64,000 nucleotides of DNA from Phycisphaeraceae bacterium (GTDB taxonomy: Bacteria; Planctomycetota; Phycisphaerae; Phycisphaerales; UBA1924): the NCBI GenBank assembly GCA_019636555.1, contig JAHBXH010000001.1, forward strand, positions 1,582,928-1,646,927, in the 5' to 3' direction. Below, one piece after another: positions 46,974 through 54,787 of this stretch (positions are counted from its first letter, which is position 1; each line of letters starts with the position of its first letter). The translations under genes and the position numbers were made by a program. The notes under the pieces were generated by a model. It made no database searches. It was given only the letters and a program-made list of their open reading frames with translations, and was not told the origin of the DNA.

Positions 46974-48068
46974 ATGTCCGTGCTTTCCATCCCATCCCCC
47001 GCCGCGGCAGAGATCAAGGGCCGGCTTCGGCCAACCGATGCCGACGGCGCTCCGCCGACGACGGAACTCCTGCCGCGGATCGATGTGGTCGTCGCGTTCT
47101 GGAACGAATCAAAACTGATTGCTCCCAAAGTGCGGAATCTGCTCGCGCTCGACTATCCGCCCGAACTGCTCCGATTCATCTTCGTTGACGGCGGCTCAAC
47201 CGACGAATCGATGCTCGTTGCCAAGCTTTCCGCCAAGGGCGATAAGCGATTCGCGTGGCTCTCGTGCCCCGGCCGCGGCAAAACCGCGCAGCTCAACATG
47301 GCGATGGATCACGCAACCGCGCCCTGGCTCCTCGTCACAGACGCCGACGCCCGGCTCCCGACCGAAACGCTCCGCAGCATGATCGGCGCAGCAGACCGGA
47401 GCGAAAAAATCGGCCTCGTCGGCGTGCGGTGCTACCCACGCCACGCAATCGGCGCAGATCGTGCCCACTGGTCGCTCTGGAACACGATCCGAAAAGTTGA
47501 AAATGTATTCGGCTGCGCCACCGCGCTCGGGCCCTGTTATCTCATTCGCCGCGCTGCCTTCGGCGGATGGCCGAAGAGCGTGATCGCGGACGATGTCTTT
47601 GCCTCGCTCGAAATCAACCGAACCGGCGCCCGCGCGATCTTGTCGGATGTGCTGGTGATCGAGCGTCGAGCGCCGAGCGGCCTTCTCGCCCTTGTTTGGC
47701 ACAAACTCCGAAAAGCGCGGGCGGTCGTTCGCGAGTTTCTGCGCTTCCTGCCGCGCTCGCTCGAGTTCGGGTGGAAGTCCTGTCCGATTTTTCTCTTCCG
47801 CGCGATCGCTTTACTTCTCGGCCCCTTCGCCATCCTCACGATGATCGGCTGGCTCGCGATCACATTTCCCTTCGCGACCCTCGCGGGTGCTGGAGCTTTC
47901 ATCGTGCTCGCAGGTCCGGCCGGGCGCCGAGCGCAAGTCGTGCAAAAGGCCGCCCGCGCGCCCTTGCTCATGGTCATGCTCTCGATCGTTCTTGTCGTCG
48001 CGATCGCGACGTGCGCCTTTGTCCGCTCGAAGCCCGAGTTCTGCCGCTGGAAGCAGGAGGAAATGTGA
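46974..48068 (+). CDS. family 2 glycosyltransferase with C-terminal TM helices
   Basis: IDVVVAFWNES, FVDGGSTDES, VTDADARLP (DxD), then hydrophobic C-terminal helices. Confidence 0.8.
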   Translation: MSVLSIPSPAAAEIKGRLRPTDADGAPPTTELLPRIDVVVAFWNESKLIAPKVRNLLALDYPPELLRFIFVDGGSTDESMLVAKLSAKGDKRFAWLSCPGRGKTAQLNMAMDHATAPWLLVTDADARLPTETLRSMIGAADRSEKIGLVGVRCYPRHAIGADRAHWSLWNTIRKVENVFGCATALGPCYLIRRAAFGGWPKSVIADDVFASLEINRTGARAILSDVLVIERRAPSGLLALVWHKLRKARAVVREFLRFLPRSLEFGWKSCPIFLFRAIALLLGPFAILTMIGWLAITFPFATLAGAGAFIVLAGPAGRRAQVVQKAARAPLLMVMLSIVLVVAIATCAFVRSKPEFCRWKQEEM

Positions 48069-49111
48069 AAGCATCCACCAAAGTCCGGATCGGACTGAAC
48101 ATTCTTCAATCGCGCATCACCGGCGAGCCCCGTCCGTTCTTCGTTCAGTATTCGCTCCTGAACGGCTGCAACATGCGCTGCTCCTACTGCAATTCGCCCA
48201 ACCGTGACGACGCACAGATCGACACACAGACCCACAAACATCTGCTCGCCCAATTCGCAGACCTCGGGACTGCGCGCATCAAGTTCCTCGGCGGCGAGCC
48301 TCTCCTCCGCGACGATATCGGCGAACTGGTCTCGGAAACTAAGCGGCTCAAGATGCGCGCCGCGATGGTCACCAACGCGCTCCTCATCCCCCAGAAGTTC
48401 GATGTCATCCGCGAGCTCGACGAACTCATCATCTCGATCGACGGCCGGGAAGAAGCCCACGATCGTCAGCGCGGCAAGGGCACCTGGAAGCGCGTGATGA
48501 ACTCGATCGAAATGTGCGCCGCCGCCAGGATCGACTTCTTCCTCAGCGCCGTCGTGACCAAGGAGAGCACCGGCGAGATCGATTGGCTCATTGATCTCGC
48601 CCGCCGCCTCGGCGTCATGGTCAACTTCCAATTGCCGCAGTTCAATCCCGAGATGTACGGTCTTGGTGCAAAGAAAGCCCTCCCCGACGACACGCTCGCC
48701 CGCGATGTTCTCCACAAAATCATCGCCGCCAAGCGCTCCGGCGCGCCCGTCCTCTTCACCGAGCAGTCCTATCAGAAGACGCTCAATTGGAGCGACTATT
48801 CGCAGGAGCGCGTGATCGACGACTCCCGGGATTCGTCCTGCACCGCGGGCAAGTACTTCCTCCAGATGGAGCCCAACGGCGACATCTATCCCTGCGTTCT
48901 TCACATCGGAACGTTCCAGCCCAAAAACGCGGTCCGCGACGGCGTGCGCGCCGCGTGGGAACATTGCCACAAACATTCCTGCGCATCCTGCTACAACACC
49001 TGGCTCAACGAGAACCGCGCCGTCTTCGATCTCTCGCCGCACGTGCTCGGCAATTTCTGGAGCAACTACCTCAGACCGGGACGCGCCGCAAAACCGGCGC
49101 CGAGCGCGTGA
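48065..49111 (+). CDS. radical SAM protein with Cys-rich (SPASM/twitch-like) C-terminus
   Basis: CNMRCSYC (CxxxCxxC) near the N-terminus. C-terminal Cys cluster SSCTAGKYFLQMEPNGDIYPC...CHKHSCASC. GTG start overlapping the GT2 stop. Confidence 0.8.
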   Translation: MKASTKVRIGLNILQSRITGEPRPFFVQYSLLNGCNMRCSYCNSPNRDDAQIDTQTHKHLLAQFADLGTARIKFLGGEPLLRDDIGELVSETKRLKMRAAMVTNALLIPQKFDVIRELDELIISIDGREEAHDRQRGKGTWKRVMNSIEMCAAARIDFFLSAVVTKESTGEIDWLIDLARRLGVMVNFQLPQFNPEMYGLGAKKALPDDTLARDVLHKIIAAKRSGAPVLFTEQSYQKTLNWSDYSQERVIDDSRDSSCTAGKYFLQMEPNGDIYPCVLHIGTFQPKNAVRDGVRAAWEHCHKHSCASCYNTWLNENRAVFDLSPHVLGNFWSNYLRPGRAAKPAPSA

Positions 49112-50352
49112 GCCCCGCGAGCGGAATCACAATTCGAACGCAGCGATCCCTCGGGCTCCTCCTGCTGATCGCATGGCTCGCGATCTGGGGCTTCAGCATC
49201 GCGCGCGATCAATCCGTCCTGCGCGGGCTGATCTGGCTCCCTCTTTGGGACAAGCTCTCCGTCGATGTCCAAGGCAACTTCCTCTGCTCCCGCGCCCTCG
49301 TGCGAGGCGAAAATCCGTACGAACTCAAATTCGGCTCGCTCCTCCCCCTGACCTACGGCTATCCGCCCGCGACTCTCTGGCAGTTCGTGTGGTGCGCCTT
49401 CATGCCCTCTCTACGCGCGGCATCGATCACGTGGTTCATCGCCTCGTCGCTCATCATCCTGCTCGCGGTTCACGCCTCCCTGCGAGTCCGACGCGAACTC
49501 GGTTTGCGATCGATCGATCCGGTGCTCGCGCTCGGGCTCATCCTCTTTTCCAGCCCGGTCTTCTTCGAGCTCGAGCGATCCAACTGCAATTCGCTCGTCC
49601 TGCTTCACCTCGTCATCGCCTGCGCCGCCCTGCGCAGCCGAACACTCCTCGGAGACCTCATCGCCGCGGCGGCGCTCGGGCTCGCCACATGGACCAAGAT
49701 CTATCCGTTCGCCGCCGTCCCGGCTCTTCTTGTCTTCGCGCGCCCACGTGCGTTTGTCTTCGCGCTTGGCTTCGTCGCCCTTTTCGCCATAGCAGACCTC
49801 GAAGGCCTGCGGAGCTTCTGGCTTCACCGCCAGCAAACCGCGTCGATCCATTACGCCGGCGTGCACGGAATCTACGACTCCTTCATGCACCCGCTCGGTG
49901 CATGGTGGGTCCTGCTTTGGCGCAAGGCCGGAGTCACGGTCTTCGATCCGCTGCCGCAGGCGGCAATCGCAGCCGCGCTGCTCGCGCCGCTCTTTCTCCC
50001 GATCACGCGATCAATTCTGAATCTGGCCGCCCCGGTGCGAGCGAAACTCCAGATGCCCTTCCTTTTCTGGGTGGTGAGCGGCGCCACGTTTCTTCTCCCG
50101 ATCGCGAATGACTACAACCTCATCTTCCTGCCGCTCGCGTTGCTGTGCGTGCTCGGTTTCAGGTTTTGCGGAGTCTCAAAGAGCGAAAAAGTGGCCGCGG
50201 TTCTGTTCCTGCTTTCGTTGCCCTGGCTGCAGCCGTTCCGAATGTCGATCGACCCCTACGTCATGACCGCATTGAAACTCTGCTGCCTTGCCTCGGCAGG
50301 CTTCGCCATCCACGCCCGCTGCGCCTCGCTCGCAAAGGGATGCGCGGCATGA
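49108..50352 (+). CDS. polytopic membrane protein, GT87/DUF2029-like glycosyltransferase
   Basis: About 10 hydrophobic helices. N-terminal loop with ...RGENPYE...YGYPP... as in DUF2029-type transferases. GTGA overlap with the radical SAM gene. Confidence 0.55.
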   Translation: MSPASGITIRTQRSLGLLLLIAWLAIWGFSIARDQSVLRGLIWLPLWDKLSVDVQGNFLCSRALVRGENPYELKFGSLLPLTYGYPPATLWQFVWCAFMPSLRAASITWFIASSLIILLAVHASLRVRRELGLRSIDPVLALGLILFSSPVFFELERSNCNSLVLLHLVIACAALRSRTLLGDLIAAAALGLATWTKIYPFAAVPALLVFARPRAFVFALGFVALFAIADLEGLRSFWLHRQQTASIHYAGVHGIYDSFMHPLGAWWVLLWRKAGVTVFDPLPQAAIAAALLAPLFLPITRSILNLAAPVRAKLQMPFLFWVVSGATFLLPIANDYNLIFLPLALLCVLGFRFCGVSKSEKVAAVLFLLSLPWLQPFRMSIDPYVMTALKLCCLASAGFAIHARCASLAKGCAA

Positions 50353-51818
50353 CCGGATCACGCACGCTCATGTGGTTCCGATCCGATCTGCGCACCCGCG
50401 ACAACGCGGCACTCTTCAACGCCTGCCGCCGCGCCGGGGGAAAAGCGGGCAGCGGCGTCGTCGCGGCGTTCCTGATTTCCCCGGGCGAGTGGAAGGCGCA
50501 CGACTACGCGCCCGTGCGCGTCGATCTGATCCTGCGCTCGCTCGTGGAATTGAGCAAAGCGCTCGATGATCTCAACATCCCGCTTCTCATCGAGACCGTT
50601 CCCAGGGCCGACAGAATCCCCGATGTTCTTGTCGGGCTCGCAAAGAAGCACGCCTGCAGCGAGATCCACTTCAACAAGGAATACGAACTCAACGAAAGCC
50701 GGCGCGACGCGGCAGTCACCGCGGCATTCGAGACCGCAGGCCTTCGCGCCTCCGCCCACACCGATCAGGTCTGCTTCGAGCCCGGCACGATCCGCACCGG
50801 CGAAGGCAAGTTCTTCACCGTCTTCACTCCCTTCAAACGCGCGTGCTTCAAGAAATGGGCTGAAGTCGGCGGCGTTCCCGCGCTCGCCACACCCTCCATG
50901 CAGGCCCAGCTCGCACTCAAGAGCTCGGCTGTTGCCAAGTCCGTTCCCGGCTGGGATTCGCACGTTCCCGCCGATCGCTGGCCCGCAGGCGAAGCCGCGG
51001 CAGTCAAGCGCCTGAAACTCTTCGCTCGCCAGAGCATCCTCGAATACAAAGACCGCCGCGACTTCCCCGGCGTCGACGGCACAAGCCAGCTCTCGCCCTA
51101 CCTCACGGTGGGGTGCGTCTCGCCTCGCCAGTGCATCGAAGCCGCGATCGAAGCAAATAGTGCCGCAAACCCAAAGCTCACGGGAAGCCCGCTCGAAAAC
51201 GGCTCCGATGGTCCGGTCACATGGATCAGCGAAGTCTTGTGGCGCGAGTTCTACGTCCACGTCATGACCGGCTTCCCGCGCGTCTGCATGCACCGCGCAT
51301 TCCAGACCGCGACCGAGGCGATCCGATGGGACGACGATCCGAAGAAATTCGAGGCGTGGAAAGCCGGGCGAACCGGCGTGCCGATCGTCGATGCCGGCAT
51401 GCGCCAACTCCTCCGCGACGGCTGGATGCACAACCGCGTCCGCATGATCGTCGCGATGTATTTCACCAAAGACCTCTGGCTTGATTGGCGCCGCGGCGAG
51501 CAGTGGTTCATGCAAAACCTCGTCGACGGCTTCCTCGCCAGCAACAACGGGGGCTGGCAGTGGTCCGCGAGCACCGGCACCGACGCGGCTCCGTACTTCC
51601 GCATCTTCAACACCTACAGCCAGAGCGAGAAATTCGACGCGGATGGCTCGTACATCCGCGAATTCGTCCCCGAACTCCGCGCCATCGATGGCCCGGCCAT
51701 CCACAACCCGCAGGACCTCGCGCCCCTCGCCCGCGCGAAACTCGATTATCCCGATCCGCTTGTCGATCAGGTCAAAGCCCGCGCTCGCGCCATCGAAGCA
51801 TTCAAGCGCTTGCGATAG
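50349..51818 (+). CDS. phr: deoxyribodipyrimidine photolyase
   Basis: LMWFRSDLRTRDNAAL N-terminal domain. FAD-binding domain WMHNRVRMIVAMYFTKDL, NNGGWQW, YFRIFN. ATGA overlap with the upstream gene. Confidence 0.9.
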   Translation: MTGSRTLMWFRSDLRTRDNAALFNACRRAGGKAGSGVVAAFLISPGEWKAHDYAPVRVDLILRSLVELSKALDDLNIPLLIETVPRADRIPDVLVGLAKKHACSEIHFNKEYELNESRRDAAVTAAFETAGLRASAHTDQVCFEPGTIRTGEGKFFTVFTPFKRACFKKWAEVGGVPALATPSMQAQLALKSSAVAKSVPGWDSHVPADRWPAGEAAAVKRLKLFARQSILEYKDRRDFPGVDGTSQLSPYLTVGCVSPRQCIEAAIEANSAANPKLTGSPLENGSDGPVTWISEVLWREFYVHVMTGFPRVCMHRAFQTATEAIRWDDDPKKFEAWKAGRTGVPIVDAGMRQLLRDGWMHNRVRMIVAMYFTKDLWLDWRRGEQWFMQNLVDGFLASNNGGWQWSASTGTDAAPYFRIFNTYSQSEKFDADGSYIREFVPELRAIDGPAIHNPQDLAPLARAKLDYPDPLVDQVKARARAIEAFKRLR

Positions 51819-51974
51819 CCTTCTCCCTTCTCCGCTCCTCTTCTGTTCTCTCGTCGCTACGTCTCTTTTCTCTCCCCGTGTCTTCCTCCGTGGTTCTCTG
51901 TGGTGCTCCGTGTTCGATCGGTTTTCCTACACTCGAATCCTGTCCGTTCGCTCGCCTCTCATCAGAAAGTCGCG

Positions 51975-52976
51975 ATGCCCCGCAAGCCCAGCAAACCCAA
52001 GCCCGGCAAGACCACTTCCAAACGCTCCGCTTCTGCGCGAGCAGTTCAACGCCGCATCCCCGATCACGTCGTCCGCGTCGGGCTGACGCAGATGGCGTGC
52101 GGCGAAGCGGTCCAGCCCAACCGCGCCCGCCAGATGGTGCTCATCGAGAAAGCCGCGAAGCAGGGCGCGCAGATCATCTGCACGCAGGAACTCTTCACGA
52201 GCCAGTATTTCTGCCAGGCCGAAGACCACCGCTTCTTCGATCTCGCAGAGCCGATCCCCGGCCCGAGCACCGACGCGATGTGCAAGCTTGCGAAGAAGCA
52301 CAATGTTGTCATCGTCGGCAGTCTCTTCGAACGCCGCGCCCGCGGCCTCTACCACAACACCGCGACGGTCATCGACGCCGACGGCTCGCTCTTGGGCATC
52401 TACCGCAAGATGCACATCCCCGACGATCCGCTCTACTACGAAAAGTTCTACTTCACGCCCGGCGATACCGGCTTCCGCGCATGGAAGACGAAGTACGCGA
52501 CGATCGGCGTCCTCGTCTGCTGGGATCAGTGGTTCCCCGAAGGCGCCCGCCTCACCGCGATGCAGGGCGCAGAAATCCTCTTCTATCCGACCGCGATCGG
52601 CTGGCATCCGATGGAGAAAGATGAGTACGGCGACGCGCAGCACGATTCATGGGAACTGATGCAGCGCTCGCACGCCGTCGCCAACGGCTGCTACGTCTGC
52701 GCTCCCAACCGCATCGGTCACGAGTACGTCAAGGGACCCGACGGAAAGCCCGTCAGCAAGGAAGGCATCCAGTTCTGGGGCCAGTCCTTTGTCGTGCAGC
52801 CCAACGGCCAGGTCGTCAAACGCGCGAGTATCAATCGCGAAGAAGTTCTCATCGCGGACTGCGATCTCGCGAAAGTCGAGTTCGCCCGCACCCACTGGCC
52901 CTTCCTGCGCGATCGGCGAATCGACGCCTACGGCGATTTGACGAAGCGATTCTCCGGCGAACAGGTCAACAGGTGA
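51975..52976 (+). CDS. aguB: N-carbamoylputrescine amidase
   Basis: Nitrilase-superfamily motifs QELF...YFC, YRKMHIPDDPLYYEKFYFTPGDTGF, VCWDQWFPEGAR, LFYPTAIGW. Confidence 0.9.
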   Translation: MPRKPSKPKPGKTTSKRSASARAVQRRIPDHVVRVGLTQMACGEAVQPNRARQMVLIEKAAKQGAQIICTQELFTSQYFCQAEDHRFFDLAEPIPGPSTDAMCKLAKKHNVVIVGSLFERRARGLYHNTATVIDADGSLLGIYRKMHIPDDPLYYEKFYFTPGDTGFRAWKTKYATIGVLVCWDQWFPEGARLTAMQGAEILFYPTAIGWHPMEKDEYGDAQHDSWELMQRSHAVANGCYVCAPNRIGHEYVKGPDGKPVSKEGIQFWGQSFVVQPNGQVVKRASINREEVLIADCDLAKVEFARTHWPFLRDRRIDAYGDLTKRFSGEQVNR

Positions 52977-52990
52977 ACAGGTGGGGAGGT
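52973..52990. repeat. left arm of inverted repeat flanking the four-helix-bundle gene
   Basis: gtgaacaggtggggaggt. Its reverse complement at 53443-53460 (acctccccacctgctcac) matches 17 of 18, with a 13-nt perfect core caggtggggaggt. Confidence 0.85.
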
Positions 52991-52999
52991 GAGAAAGCC

Positions 53000-53431
53000 G
53001 TGGAGCCGTCACGAAAGCGAATCACTTCGCACCGGCAACTGGTGGTCTGGAAGAAGGCATTCGAAGTCTCGATGCAGGTATTCGAGTTCAGCAAGGCCTT
53101 TCCTCGTGAAGAGTGCTATTCACTGACAAGCCAGATTCGGCGATCCTCGCGCTCGGTGACCACGAGCATCACCGAGGCATGGCGTAAACGACGCTACGAG
53201 CCGGCATTTGTCAGCAAGTTGAACGACGCTGAAACCGAGGCCGCGGAGACTCAAGATTGGATTCAATATGCCGTCCGCTGCGGCTACTTGGACCGAAAGC
53301 ACGGCGTTGCTTTGTTTCGTGAATATGAATCGATTCTCAAGACAATTGTCGGCATGATCACGCACGCTGATTCCTGGGTCTTCCCGCTGTCCCCACGCGA
53401 TGCGCGCAAGTTGCGCCGTGAGGAACCCTGA
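53000..53431 (+). CDS. four-helix-bundle protein (23S rRNA intervening-sequence protein family)
   Basis: HRQLVVWKKAFEVSMQVFEFSKAFPREECYSLTSQIRRSSRSVTTSITEAWRKRRY...ETQDWIQYAVRCGYL. GTG 53000 is preceded by GGAGGTGA. Confidence 0.8.
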   Translation: MEPSRKRITSHRQLVVWKKAFEVSMQVFEFSKAFPREECYSLTSQIRRSSRSVTTSITEAWRKRRYEPAFVSKLNDAETEAAETQDWIQYAVRCGYLDRKHGVALFREYESILKTIVGMITHADSWVFPLSPRDARKLRREEP

Positions 53432-53442
53432 GGTCACATCAC

Positions 53443-53460
53443 ACCTCCCCACCTGCTCAC
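53443..53460. repeat. right arm of inverted repeat flanking the four-helix-bundle gene
   Basis: See left arm. A further cacctcccc copy follows at 53466-53474 just before the aguA ATG. Confidence 0.85.
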
Positions 53461-53474
53461 CTTTTCACCTCCCC

Positions 53475-54635
53475 ATGAAGACTCCGAGAATTCTCTCCGG
53501 CACTCCTCTTTCCCACGGCTTCACATTCCCCGCCGAATGGGAAAAACAGCGCGCCACGTGGTTTTCCTGGCCGCGCCCCGAAGGGATTTCCTTCCCGGCC
53601 AAGTACGAAACCGTTCCCGCCAATATCGCGCTCTTCATCCGCGAGATCGCGCCGCGCCAGACCGTTCACATCAACGTCCCCAATGAGAACTACGAGCGCA
53701 TCGCGCGCGAGCAGCTCATCGCCGCAGGTGTCCCCAAAAAGTTCTTCGGCCCGCTCACCGGCCTCGATGAAAAGCCCTCGCGCACCTCACGCATCCAATT
53801 CCACTACATCAAGACCAACGAATCCTGGTGCCGCGATCACGGACCCGCCTTCGTCACCCGCACCCGCCGCGGCAAACGCGAATTCGCCATCGTCGATTGG
53901 GGCTTCAACGCCTGGGGCGGCAAATACCCCCCGTTCGACAGCGACGACGCCGTCCCCACACGCATCGCCGAGGAATTCGCCAAAGCAAAAACCCCCGGCT
54001 TCGCAGGCATCTTCTATCCAAAGCATCCCGCGACAAGGAACGGAACCCCGGTCATCATGGAGGGCGGCGCCATCGAGGTGAACGGCCGAGGCACGCTCCT
54101 CACCACCGAATCCTGCCTTCTCAATAAGAACCGCAATCCGAATCTCACCAAAAAACAAATAGAGCACTATCTCAAGGAGTACTACGGACAGGATCACATC
54201 TGCTGGCTCGGCGACGGCATCGTCGGCGACGATACCGACGGTCACATCGACGACCTCGCCCGCTTCCTTGATCCGCGCACCATGGTCGTCGCGCTCGAGA
54301 CAAACCGCAAAGACAAGAACTTCAAGATCCTCCGCGAAAACTACCAGCGCGCCCAGGAACTCCGCGATCAGGATGGAAAGCCATTCGACATCATCGAGAT
54401 CCCCATGCCCGGCCTCGTGGAGCACAAGGGCCAGCGCCTGCCCGCAACCTACCTCAACTTCCTCTTCATCAACGGCGCCGTGCTCGTGCCCACCTTCCGC
54501 CACAAGAACGACAAACTCGCCCTCGCGATCCTGCAAAAGCACCTGCCGCGGCACAAAGTAGTGGGGGTCGACAGCGTCGAACTCATCTGGGGACTCGGCT
54601 CCATCCACTGCCTCTCGCAGCAGCAGCCCAAGTAG
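53475..54635 (+). CDS. aguA: agmatine deiminase
   Basis: FPAEWEKQRATWFSWP, ESWCRDHGP, VDWGFNAWGGKY, MEGGAIEVNGRGTLLTTESCLLNKNRNP, DDTDGHIDD, SIHCLSQQQP. Confidence 0.95.
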   Translation: MKTPRILSGTPLSHGFTFPAEWEKQRATWFSWPRPEGISFPAKYETVPANIALFIREIAPRQTVHINVPNENYERIAREQLIAAGVPKKFFGPLTGLDEKPSRTSRIQFHYIKTNESWCRDHGPAFVTRTRRGKREFAIVDWGFNAWGGKYPPFDSDDAVPTRIAEEFAKAKTPGFAGIFYPKHPATRNGTPVIMEGGAIEVNGRGTLLTTESCLLNKNRNPNLTKKQIEHYLKEYYGQDHICWLGDGIVGDDTDGHIDDLARFLDPRTMVVALETNRKDKNFKILRENYQRAQELRDQDGKPFDIIEIPMPGLVEHKGQRLPATYLNFLFINGAVLVPTFRHKNDKLALAILQKHLPRHKVVGVDSVELIWGLGSIHCLSQQQPK

Positions 54636-54682
54636 CGTTTGCCGTTCCGCAAAGCCGCGAAACCCGTTCTGTAAAATCTGGC

Positions 54683-54786
54683 TTTGCCCCTTTGCCCCTT
54701 TGCCCCTTTGCCCCTTTGCCCCTTTGCCCCTTTGCCCCTTTGCCCCTTTGCCCCTTTGCCCCTTTGCCCCTTTGCCCCTTCTCCCC
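54683..54786. repeat. 8-bp tandem repeat (tttgcccc) x12 plus one degenerate unit
   Basis: Twelve perfect head-to-tail copies at 54683-54778, then ttctcccc. The array lies between the aguA stop and the TruD-homologous sequence. Confidence 0.95.
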
Positions 54787-54787
54787 C

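Noticed and set aside
54683-54786. Possible CRISPR array
   Set aside because: The unit is only 8 bp, strictly head-to-tail with no spacers, and there are no cas genes in the window. It is a simple tandem repeat.
54692-54787. N-terminal PLCPFAPL-repeat extension of TruD as real protein sequence
   Set aside because: It is just the translation of the 8-bp repeat from a TTG. TruD homology begins only after 54788. It is kept as an alternative start but not believed.
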